Source of the DNA: Gaiellaceae bacterium
GTDB lineage: Bacteria > Actinomycetota > Thermoleophilia > Gaiellales > Gaiellaceae
DNA length: 64,000 nucleotides
Reading direction: 5' to 3'
Assembly (NCBI GenBank): GCA_035264165.1
Contig: DATFQN010000093.1
Span: forward strand, 18,258-82,257
The position numbers were made by a program, and so were the translations under genes. The stretch's first letter is position 1, and the number at the start of each line of letters is the position of its first letter. The notes below the pieces were generated by a model. The model saw nothing but the letters and a program-made list of their open reading frames with translations. It searched no databases and was not told the origin of the DNA. This document shows positions 37,633 through 45,346 of the stretch, in pieces.

Positions 37633-38144
37633 TCACCGCGATCTACCCGGGCACGTACGACCCCGTCACCAACGGCCATGTGGACGTGATCCAGCGCGCG
37701 GCGGGGATCTTCGACCGCGTCGTCGTCGGGGTCGTCGGAACCCCATCCCACAAGCAGCCGATGTTTTCCGTGGACGAGCGTGTCGCGTTCCTGCGCGAGG
37801 CGCTGGAGGACGTCGAGAACGTCGAGGTCGACGTCTTCCGTGAGCTCGTCGTCGACTTCGCGCGCAAATGGGACGCCAAGGTGATCGTCAAGGGGCTTCG
37901 CGTCATCTCGGACTTCGAGTGGGAGTTCCAGATGAATCAGCTCAACCGGACGCTGGCCCCGGACATCGAGACCGTCTACGTGATGGCGAGCCCGGAGGTC
38001 AGCTTCGTCTCCTCCAGCGGGATCAAGGAGATCGCGACGTATGGCGGGAAGATCGACGCTCTCGTGCCGAAAGCGGTGGCAAAACGCCTGTACGAGCTCT
38101 ACGGCGACGGCCGGCCAGGAGCCCCCGTCCCACCCTCTGAGTAG
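37629..38144 (+). CDS. coaD: phosphopantetheine adenylyltransferase
   Basis: GTG 37629 overlaps the rsmD TGA (GTGA). Has AIYPGTYDPVTNGHVDVI and SSSGIKE motifs. Confidence 0.93.
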   Translation: MITAIYPGTYDPVTNGHVDVIQRAAGIFDRVVVGVVGTPSHKQPMFSVDERVAFLREALEDVENVEVDVFRELVVDFARKWDAKVIVKGLRVISDFEWEFQMNQLNRTLAPDIETVYVMASPEVSFVSSSGIKEIATYGGKIDALVPKAVAKRLYELYGDGRPGAPVPPSE

Positions 38145-38155
38145 ACTGAGAAGCT

Positions 38156-38665
38156 ATGGACGTCCTCGTTCTCATCGACAAGCTCGACGACCTCGTGCAC
38201 AACGCGAAGGCGGTGCCGCTGACCGACCAGGTGCGGATCGACCGCGAGGAGATCTACGAGATCCTCGACCAGATGCGCGCGACGATCCCCGAGGAGATCA
38301 AGCAGGCCCGCTGGATCGTCAAGGAGCGACAGGAGATGCTGGCCGAGGCCAAGCGCGAGTGCGACCGGATCCTGGGCGAGGCGCGGGAGCAGGCGGCCCG
38401 CGAGGCATCGCAGACCGAGATCGTCAAGCTCGCCGAGCGCCAGGCGCAGGAGATCATCGACGAGTCGCGGCGGCAGGCCCGCGAGACGCGTCTCGAGATG
38501 GAGGACTGGGCCGACAGCATCCTCTCGACGCTCGAGGTCAACCTCGACAAGTTCCTCGGCGCCGTCAAGCGTGGGCGCGAGCGGCTCCACGAGCGTTCGC
38601 AGGAGACGGTCGTCGCAGGCGTCGCCGCTCCGGGCTCGACGAACGACGATCAGCCCTACGCGTAA
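38156..38665 (+). CDS. DivIVA-like coiled-coil protein resembling mycobacterial SepIVA (Rv2927c) family
   Basis: The N-terminal pattern LIDKLDDLVHNAKAVPLTDQVRIDREEIYEILDQMRATIPEEIKQA is followed by a long charged coiled coil. Its position between coaD and the DUF177 gene mirrors the mycobacterial locus. The family name is from memory of that family, not from a search. Confidence 0.55.
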   Translation: MDVLVLIDKLDDLVHNAKAVPLTDQVRIDREEIYEILDQMRATIPEEIKQARWIVKERQEMLAEAKRECDRILGEAREQAAREASQTEIVKLAERQAQEIIDESRRQARETRLEMEDWADSILSTLEVNLDKFLGAVKRGRERLHERSQETVVAGVAAPGSTNDDQPYA

Positions 38666-39401
38666 CGCCCGCCGGGTCGCGGCCCTCTACGACGTCCACG
38701 GGAATCTCCCGGCGCTCGAGGCCGTGCTCGCCGAGGCCGGCGACGCGCAGCTCGTCTTCGGCGGCGACCTCGCGGCGGGGCCGATGCCCGCAGAGACGCT
38801 CGATCGGATCATGGCGCTGGACGCACGGGTGCTCCGCGGGAACGCCGACCGCGCGCTGCTCGAGGAGCCCGAGGGCGGGCTCATCGACCAGTGGGTGATC
38901 GACCAGCTCGACGATCGTCACCGCGAGTACATCGCCGCGCTGCCCGAGCAGATCGAGCTTGACGTCGACGGGCTCGGACGCGTCCTCTTCTGCCACGGCT
39001 CGCCGCGCTCGGACGAGGAGATGATCCTGAAGACGACGCCCGACGACTGGCTGCTGGAGATGCTCGACGGCCTTGAGACGGGCGTCGTCGTCTGCGGGCA
39101 CACGCACATGCAATTCGACCGCCGGGTCGACCGCTGGCGCGTCGTCAACGCCGGGAGCGTGGGCCTCGCCTACGGTGGTCCCGGCGCACACTGGGCGATG
39201 CTCGGACCGACCGTCGAGCACCGTCAGACGCCGTACGACAACGAGGCTTTCGCCGATTACGTCCAGACCCTCGAGTGGTCGATCGCGGAGCGCTTCGCCG
39301 AGGAGAACATCCGCAACTTTCCGAGCGAGCAGGAGGTGCTGGAGTTCTTCGAGCCGCTGGCCGCCGAGCAGCACGCCCAGCGCTACCCTGGCCGTTCGTG
39401 A
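38571..39401 (+). CDS. metallophosphoesterase family protein
   Basis: Has LYDVHGN, FGGDL, GNAD and VVCGHTH motifs. The only canonical start, GTG 38571, overlaps the upstream gene by 95 nt. The conserved domain begins right after the upstream TAA (38663-38665). Confidence 0.75.
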   Translation: MGASGSTSVRRRRSSQASPLRARRTTISPTRNARRVAALYDVHGNLPALEAVLAEAGDAQLVFGGDLAAGPMPAETLDRIMALDARVLRGNADRALLEEPEGGLIDQWVIDQLDDRHREYIAALPEQIELDVDGLGRVLFCHGSPRSDEEMILKTTPDDWLLEMLDGLETGVVVCGHTHMQFDRRVDRWRVVNAGSVGLAYGGPGAHWAMLGPTVEHRQTPYDNEAFADYVQTLEWSIAERFAEENIRNFPSEQEVLEFFEPLAAEQHAQRYPGRS

Positions 39402-39907
39402 CCACGTTCGATCTCAGACAGGCAAAGCTCCGTCCGGGCGAGGAGTACCGGGCCGAGCAGGAGATCGCGCTCTCGCCCTTCGACCTCGGCGGGCAGCGCT
39501 ACCTCCCGGTGCCCGAGAACGTCACCGCCGAGCTCGTGATCAACCGCGGAACGAGCGGCACGACCTTCGAGCTCCGCTTCCCGATCCGGCTGCACGGGCC
39601 GTGTTACCGCTGTCTGAAGGACGCCGTGCTCGACCTCTCGATCCGGGCGCGGGAGTACCAGGCGACGAGCCCCGGCGAGTCGGACGAGCTGACGACGCCC
39701 TACGTCGTCGACAACCAGCTGCGCCTCTCCGACTGGGCGCGCGACGCGATCGCGGGCGAACTCCCGGAGCAGATCCTCTGCCGCGCCGACTGCGCCGGCC
39801 TCTGCGCGATCTGTGGCCAAGACCTGAACGAGAACCCCCATGAACACGCCGAAGAGCGCCAGGACCCGCGCTGGGCGGCGCTCGAAGAGCTGAAGGAGCG
39901 TCTCTAG
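39398..39907 (+). CDS. yceD: YceD/DUF177 family protein (large-subunit ribosome accumulation protein)
   Basis: GTG 39398 overlaps the upstream TGA (GTGA). Has Cys motifs CYRCL and CRADCAGLCAICG...NENP. Confidence 0.8.
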   Translation: MTTFDLRQAKLRPGEEYRAEQEIALSPFDLGGQRYLPVPENVTAELVINRGTSGTTFELRFPIRLHGPCYRCLKDAVLDLSIRAREYQATSPGESDELTTPYVVDNQLRLSDWARDAIAGELPEQILCRADCAGLCAICGQDLNENPHEHAEERQDPRWAALEELKERL

Positions 39908-41316
39908 AGCCGCACCGTCTGCGTCGGCTCGAAGCGCTCGAGCAGCCGGCGGTCATGGGTGACGAGCACGACCGTGCCGCGGTAGCTGTCCAGCGCAGCC
40001 TCGAGCTCTGCGATCGCCTCGAGGTCGAGATGGTTCGTGGGCTCGTCCAGGACGAGGACGTTGACGCGCCGAGCTGCCAACAGGGCGAGGCCGGCCCGCG
40101 TTCGCTCACCGGGCGAGAGTGACGCCGACGCCCGCAGCACGTCGTCTCTGCCGAGCCTGAACTTCGCCAGCAGCGTCCGCGCCTCACCAGTAGCGAGTCC
40201 GCCGTGCGTGCAGAACGTCTCGAGCAGCGGCTCCGGCCCGCCGAGAAGCGTCCGGCGCTGCTCGAGCTCGCCGAAGCGGACGCCGGCGCCGACGCGGCGT
40301 CGCCCTCCGCTGAGCGGCAGCTCGCCGAGCAGCGCGCGCAGCAGCGTCGTCTTGCCGCTGCCGTTCGCTCCCACGACGGCGAGGCGGTCGCCGTGACCCA
40401 GGGTGAGGTCGAGCGGCCCGAGCGTGAAGTCGCCGCGTTCCACCACGGCGCCGTCGAGCCTCGCAACGACGTCGCCCGCGCGGCGCCCGGCATCGAGATC
40501 GAGCTCGAGCCGCCACGGCTGCCACGGCTTGTCAGCGCGCTCCAGGCGCTCGAGTCTGCGCTCCGCCGCCCGCACCTTTGACATCACCGCGTGGGTCCCG
40601 CGCCGGTTCGCCATCTTGCCGCCGGCGCGGGCCTGGCCGCGGCGCTCGCGCAGCAGCGAGGTGAAGCGATCTCGCTCGGCGGCGTAGCGTGCATATGCAT
40701 TCTCCTCGCGGGTCCTGCCGAGCTCGCGCAACCGCTCGTACTCGTCCCAGGTCCCGACGAACTCCCGCACCTTCCGCGTCTCGGCCTCGAACTCGACGAT
40801 GGACACGACGGCGTGCTCGAGGAAGGCCCGGTCGTGGGAGACGACCACGAGCGCGCTCGGCGTCTGTGCAACGAAGCGCTCGAGCACGGCCAGGCCGTCG
40901 AAGTCGAGGTCGTTCGTGGGCTCGTCGAGGAGCAGGACGTCGTAGTGAGCAGCGAGTAGCGTCGCGAGCTTCGCACGCGCGACTTCGCCGCCGGAGAATC
41001 CCCTGTTGGCATCGAAGCCGATCCTGGCGGCTCCGCGCCGCAGTTCCCACTCGGGAACATCTGCCGACTCGACCGGCCCTTCCTGCGGCAGGTAGCCCAC
41101 GGTGAGCGAGGGTGGATGCCGCTCGACCTGGCCGGAATCGGGAGCGTCGAGGCCCGCAAGCACGCGCAGCAGCGTCGTCTTGCCGGCGCCGTTCGGCCCG
41201 ATCACGCCGGTTCGGGCGTGGGGCGGCACGACGAGGGAGATTCCGTCGAGGACGACCTCGGCGCCGTAGCTCTTCGTGACGTTGGTCGCGGCAAGGGTGC
41301 CGCCGGGCGTGCGCAT
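39904..41316 (-). CDS. ABC-F family ATPase (two ABC domains, no membrane domain)
   Basis: Two Walker A loops (GPNGAGKTTLL, GANGSGKTTLL), two signature motifs (FSGGEVAR, LSPGERTR), two Walker B motifs (LLLDEPTN, VLVLDEPTN) and an Arg-rich interdomain linker of about 80 aa. SD AGGAGG lies 5 nt upstream. Confidence 0.88.
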   Translation of the reverse strand: MRTPGGTLAATNVTKSYGAEVVLDGISLVVPPHARTGVIGPNGAGKTTLLRVLAGLDAPDSGQVERHPPSLTVGYLPQEGPVESADVPEWELRRGAARIGFDANRGFSGGEVARAKLATLLAAHYDVLLLDEPTNDLDFDGLAVLERFVAQTPSALVVVSHDRAFLEHAVVSIVEFEAETRKVREFVGTWDEYERLRELGRTREENAYARYAAERDRFTSLLRERRGQARAGGKMANRRGTHAVMSKVRAAERRLERLERADKPWQPWRLELDLDAGRRAGDVVARLDGAVVERGDFTLGPLDLTLGHGDRLAVVGANGSGKTTLLRALLGELPLSGGRRRVGAGVRFGELEQRRTLLGGPEPLLETFCTHGGLATGEARTLLAKFRLGRDDVLRASASLSPGERTRAGLALLAARRVNVLVLDEPTNHLDLEAIAELEAALDSYRGTVVLVTHDRRLLERFEPTQTVRL

Positions 41317-41326
41317 TGCGCTCCTC

Positions 41327-41360
41327 CTGATCGCGAGACGAGAAACGGGTTATCGATCAG
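41327..41360 (-). promoter_or_regulatory. leader hairpin abutting the ABC-F Shine-Dalgarno
   Basis: On the minus strand CTGATCG ... CGATCAG (7-bp stem, 20-nt loop) is directly followed by GAGGAG-CGCA-ATG. Confidence 0.3.
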
Positions 41361-41405
41361 CGCACGCGCATAGGTCGAGCCCCAGGGCTCGCTGCCAATC
41401 GTAGC

Positions 41406-41411
41406 TATAGT
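41406..41411 (+). promoter_or_regulatory. -10-like TATAGT upstream of rpmF
   Basis: TATAGT lies 11 nt before ATG 41423 with no SD between them, suggesting a very short leader. Confidence 0.25.
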
Positions 41412-41422
41412 GCCGGGCCGCG

Positions 41423-41611
41423 ATGGCAGTCCCCAAGCGGAAAACCTCCAAGTCCCGCCGTGACAAGCGCCGGGCAACGCACAAGCTCGAGGCCCCGCGC
41501 CTGAACGAGTGCCCCGTCTGCCATCGCCCGAAGCGTCCACACCGCGTCTGCCCCAACTGCAAGACCTATCGCGGACGCGAGGTCGAGCCGCTGCGCGCTC
41601 CGGTCCCCTAG
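41423..41611 (+). CDS. rpmF: 50S ribosomal protein L32
   Basis: MAVPKRKTSKSRRDKRRA and zinc-ribbon Cys pairs CPVC...CPNC; 62 aa. Confidence 0.93.
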   Translation: MAVPKRKTSKSRRDKRRATHKLEAPRLNECPVCHRPKRPHRVCPNCKTYRGREVEPLRAPVP

Positions 41612-41650
41612 AATCGGCGCGCTCCTTTCCACGAACGCAAGCGAGGTGAC

Positions 41651-41896
41651 ATGGCAGCGTCCCGAGACGAAGTCTTCGAGCGCGTCAAGGAAGTTCTCTC
41701 CGAGCGGCTGAGCGTCGAAGAGGCGGACATCACGGAGGAGGCGAACTTCCAGGAGGATCTCGACGCCGACTCGCTCGACCTGGTCGAGATGATCATGGAG
41801 CTCGAGGATCAGTTCGGGATCAAGATCCCGGACGAGGACGCGCAGAAGATCCAGACGGTCGGGCAAGCTGTCGATTACGTCACGTCGCACCAGTAG
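41651..41896 (+). CDS. acpP: acyl carrier protein
   Basis: Phosphopantetheine attachment motif [16 protein letters not shown]; 81 aa. Confidence 0.93.
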   Translation: MAASRDEVFERVKEVLSERLSVEEADITEEANFQEDLDADSLDLVEMIMELEDQFGIKIPDEDAQKIQTVGQAVDYVTSHQ

Positions 41897-41936
41897 CAGC
41901 GGCTCACAGGCGGGGGAACCCGCACCACTTGCGGCC

Positions 41937-42587
41937 CTGATCGAGCAGCTTCCGGCGCAGCGCGTCGAGAACGCGTTCACCCACCCGTCGTGGGCCTCCG
42001 ACCGCGCGGAGTCGTACGAGCGGCTCGAGTTCCTCGGCGACAGCGTGCTGGAGCTCGCCGTGGCGCGGGCGCTCTACGACCGCTATCCCGACCTGTCCGA
42101 GGGCCGCTTGGCGAAGATCCGCTCGCACGTGGTGTCGCGTGCGAGCTGCGCGGTCGTCGCGCGCGAGCTGGATCTCGGCCCGCGGCTGATCGAGGCCGGG
42201 TCGGGGATCGTTCCACCCGACGAGCTCGACCGGCTGTCGCGGAACCGGAACGTGCTCGCGGCGCTCCTGGAGGCAGCGTTGGCGGCCCTCTTCCTGGAGC
42301 ACGGCTTCGAGAACGTCGAGCAGCCGATCGTGGAGGCGTTCTCCGGCCGCATCGAGTACGCCGCGACGACACACGTCGACTTCAAGACGGAGCTCCAGGA
42401 GCAGCTCGCGTCGATGGGGCGGCAGGTGAGCTACTCGGTCCTCGACGTCGAGGGTCCGCCGCACGACCGCCGGTTCACGTCGGCGGCGATCATCGACGGC
42501 GACCAGGCTGGTGTCGGCGTCGGGCCGTCGAAGAAGGCGGCCGAGCAGGAAGCCGCCAAGCAGGCTCTGACGAAGATCCGGCCGTAG
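41937..42587 (+). CDS. rnc: ribonuclease III (start inferred at CTG)
   Basis: The signature ERLEFLGDSVLEL, the catalytic domain and a C-terminal dsRBD (GPPHDRRF...GVGPSKKAAEQEAAKQAL) are present. The signature lies upstream of the first canonical start, GTG 42045. The frame is open from 41793 with no ATG/GTG/TTG; candidates are CTG 41937 and ATC 41940. Confidence 0.8.
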   Translation: MIEQLPAQRVENAFTHPSWASDRAESYERLEFLGDSVLELAVARALYDRYPDLSEGRLAKIRSHVVSRASCAVVARELDLGPRLIEAGSGIVPPDELDRLSRNRNVLAALLEAALAALFLEHGFENVEQPIVEAFSGRIEYAATTHVDFKTELQEQLASMGRQVSYSVLDVEGPPHDRRFTSAAIIDGDQAGVGVGPSKKAAEQEAAKQALTKIRP

Positions 42588-42645
42588 GAAAAGCGCCGTC
42601 CGTTCTGTTAGCGCCATCCGCCTGACGCACTAGCGTTCGGCCCGC

Positions 42646-45135
42646 GTGCACCTACGCGCGATCCGCATCCGCGGCTTCAAGTCGTTCCCTGAGCCGGTCG
42701 AGGTTCGCCTCGAACCGGGCGTCGCCGTGGTCGTCGGGCCCAACGGCTCGGGCAAGTCGAACGTCGCGGACGCGCTGCTCTGGGCCTCCGGAAGCCTGAG
42801 CCCCGGCGAGCTGCGCGCCGAGAAGCCGGATGACGTGCTCTATGCGGGTTCCCGTGAGCGCAAGCCCGCGGAGTACTGCCAGGTCGAGCTCGTGCTCGAC
42901 AACGAGGACGGCGCCGTCGCCGAGCTGGATTTTGCGGAGGTCTCGATCATGCGCCGGCTGCATCGCGGCGGCGAGGGGCAGTACTTGATCAACGGGATGG
43001 CGGTGCGGCGCACGGACCTCGTGGAGCTTCTGGCGGACGTCGGTCTCGGCGGCGCCGCGGGCTCGGTGATCTCGCAGGGCAAGGTTGAGGAGATCCTCGC
43101 TTCGAAGCCGGAGGAGCGGCGTGCGCTCGTCGAGGATGCTGCGGGGCTCGGCAAGTTCAAGCGGCGCCGACATCGCGCGGAGCTGAAACTCGTCCGTGTG
43201 GCGCAGGACGTTGCACGGGCGCGGGACGTCGAGGCAGAGGTGCGCAAGCGGCTGCGGCCGTTGGCGTTGCAGGCCACGGCCGCGCAGCGCGCGGAAAAGC
43301 TGGCGGGGGAGGTCGCCGCGCTCGAAGCCGCGATTGCGACGCTCGATGTCGCGACGATCGACGAGCAGATCGGTGCCGCGGAGGAACGGCGCGCCGCCGC
43401 GGATCACGCCAAGAAGCGCAGCGACTCGAAGCTCGAGGACCTGCTGGTGGAGCGGCACCGCGCGGAAGAGGAGCTGGCGGACGCCGCCGGGCGCCGGGAG
43501 CAGGCGACCGCCACGCTCTACCGGCTCCGGAGCGCGGGGGAGCGGGTGACGCTCCGCGGCGAGAGCGCGGCCGAGTCGCTTGCCTCGCTGAACGACGCCG
43601 CGGCGAAGCCGCGGCTGGCCGTCGATCTGCGGCGCCAGCGTCTGCGTGACGAGGCGCGCGAGCGCCTTGCGGCACTCGAGCGCATGCTCGCCGAGCGCGA
43701 GGGCGTGCCGCCGGCGGCCCGCGCGCTCGCGGAGGCCGGCCATCCGCTCTTGCTCTCCGAGCTCGACGTCCCCGCGGGAAACGAGCGCGCCGTCGCCGCT
43801 GCGCTCCGCGGCCGCGGAGCGGCGGTGATCGCGTCTGATCGCCCCACGGCGCTGGCGTTGGTCCAAGAGGCTCGTCGCCGTGGCCTGGGAAGCGTCACGG
43901 TCGTCGTCGGCCGGCGGCCGCTCGAGGAGTTCGCGATCGTGGAGGAACGTGAGCTGCTCGACTCCGACAAGCTGGCCGTCACAAGAGATGGGATCGCCTT
44001 CGACCCCGAGCGCAACGAGCTGTGGTTCGCGGGCGAGGCGGCGGAGGCCGTGTTGCTCGAGCTCGAAGCGCGCCGGCGAGAGCTCGCCGACGAGGTCGCG
44101 GAGCTGGAGCGTGAGGAGCCGGCGCAGTACGTCGTGGACGACACCCCCTACCGGCCCTTGATTTCCGTGGCTGAGCGGCTCGATTCCGCGCTGGCAGCCG
44201 CCGCCGGTGCCGCGGCGCGGTTTGAGCCGACGCTGCGTGCGCGGGCCGACGCGGGCGCGGCGCGCACCGGTACGCTCGCCGAGGAGCTGCGCAAGCTCGG
44301 CGCGGCCGAGGCCGAGCTTCGGCGCGAGGCATCCGAGGTGGCCGCGCGAGCGAGCGCGATCGACGTCGATCTCGCCCGCCTACAGGCCGAGCGCCGCGAA
44401 GCCGCTGGACGCCTCGAGGCCGCCGGCGCCGAGCCCATGGAGAGCGAGGACCGCGACGCGCTCGTCGACCGCGTGGAGCATCTTCGCCGGCGACGCGAGG
44501 AGCTCGGCCGCGTCAACCCACTCGCGGCCGAGGAGTACGCGAAGGAGAAGGAGCACCTCGCCGACCTGACCGCGCAGCGCGAGGATCTCGAGCAGAGCCT
44601 CGACGAGCTGGCGAAGCTGCGCGACGAGCTCGACGAGACGGTCGAGCGGCGGTTCGCGGAGACGTTCGCCGCCGTCAGCCGTCACTTCGGGGAGGTCGCG
44701 GAGACGCTCTTCCCCGGTGGGCAAGGACGGTTGCGGCTTTCCGGCGAGCAGGAAGGCGAAGACGAGGATGCGGCGCCGGGAATCGAGGTCGAGCTGCAGC
44801 CGGCCGGGAAGCGCGTGACGAGACTGTCGCTGCTCTCGGGCGGCGAGAAGGCCCTCGGCGCGATCTCGTTCCTCTTCGCGCTGTTCCTCGCCCGCCCGTG
44901 CCCGTTCTACCTCCTGGACGAGGTCGAGGCGGCCCTCGACGACGCGAACATCGGCCGCTTCGTCCAGGTGCTGCGGCGCTACGCGGACCGCGCGCAGTTC
45001 ATCGTGATCACGCACCAGAAGAAGACGATGGAGGCGGCGGACGTCCTCTACGGCGTCACGATGGGCGACGACGCCGTCTCGCAGGTCGTCTCGCGCCGCC
45101 TGCCCCGCGAAGCCGACGCCGAAGCCGCGGCGTAG
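42646..45135 (+). CDS. smc: chromosome segregation protein SMC, unusually short (829 aa)
   Basis: GTG 42646. Walker A GPNGSGKSN, hinge-like segment LLLSELDVPAGNERAVAAAL...GLGSVTVVV, GRVNPLAAEEY, signature LSGGEKAL and Walker B FYLLDEVEAALD. It occupies the rnc-smc-ftsY position. Confidence 0.85.
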   Translation: MHLRAIRIRGFKSFPEPVEVRLEPGVAVVVGPNGSGKSNVADALLWASGSLSPGELRAEKPDDVLYAGSRERKPAEYCQVELVLDNEDGAVAELDFAEVSIMRRLHRGGEGQYLINGMAVRRTDLVELLADVGLGGAAGSVISQGKVEEILASKPEERRALVEDAAGLGKFKRRRHRAELKLVRVAQDVARARDVEAEVRKRLRPLALQATAAQRAEKLAGEVAALEAAIATLDVATIDEQIGAAEERRAAADHAKKRSDSKLEDLLVERHRAEEELADAAGRREQATATLYRLRSAGERVTLRGESAAESLASLNDAAAKPRLAVDLRRQRLRDEARERLAALERMLAEREGVPPAARALAEAGHPLLLSELDVPAGNERAVAAALRGRGAAVIASDRPTALALVQEARRRGLGSVTVVVGRRPLEEFAIVEERELLDSDKLAVTRDGIAFDPERNELWFAGEAAEAVLLELEARRRELADEVAELEREEPAQYVVDDTPYRPLISVAERLDSALAAAAGAAARFEPTLRARADAGAARTGTLAEELRKLGAAEAELRREASEVAARASAIDVDLARLQAERREAAGRLEAAGAEPMESEDRDALVDRVEHLRRRREELGRVNPLAAEEYAKEKEHLADLTAQREDLEQSLDELAKLRDELDETVERRFAETFAAVSRHFGEVAETLFPGGQGRLRLSGEQEGEDEDAAPGIEVELQPAGKRVTRLSLLSGGEKALGAISFLFALFLARPCPFYLLDEVEAALDDANIGRFVQVLRRYADRAQFIVITHQKKTMEAADVLYGVTMGDDAVSQVVSRRLPREADAEAAA

Positions 45136-45145
45136 CGCCCGGTCC

Positions 45146-45162
45146 ACGGGGTCAGACCCCGT
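45146..45162. repeat. palindromic GC hairpin, copy 1 (ACGGGGT-CAG-ACCCCGT)
   Basis: Perfect 7-bp stem with a 3-nt loop, 11 nt after the smc stop. A second copy is at 45284-45300. Confidence 0.6.
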
Positions 45163-45283
45163 AACGAGCCTGCGCCGAACGTCCGGCAGAAGTGTGACGT
45201 GCGCGGCCGGCCCTCCGCATGGCTACGCCAGTGGCATGCCCGATTGCGTCGGCTTGCCGTGGAGCGTTTGGCGCACTTCGGTT

Positions 45284-45300
45284 ACCGGGTCTGACCCCGT
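45284..45300. repeat. palindromic GC hairpin, copy 2 (ACCGGGT-CTG-ACCCCGT)
   Basis: Matches 15 of 17 positions with copy 1. The flanks (AACGAGC versus GACGAAG) are also similar. Lies 47 nt upstream of ftsY. Confidence 0.55.
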
Positions 45301-45346
45301 GACGAAGCAGGCGCGTCTCGGGGTCCAGCGGGGCTAGCCTGCCGCG

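Noticed and set aside
45143-45303. Possible 6S RNA, SRP RNA or other known ncRNA in the smc-ftsY gap
   Set aside because: I could not find the conserved SRP domain IV sequence, tmRNA or RNase P motifs, or a 6S-like central bubble. I kept the region only as a repeat/hairpin observation.
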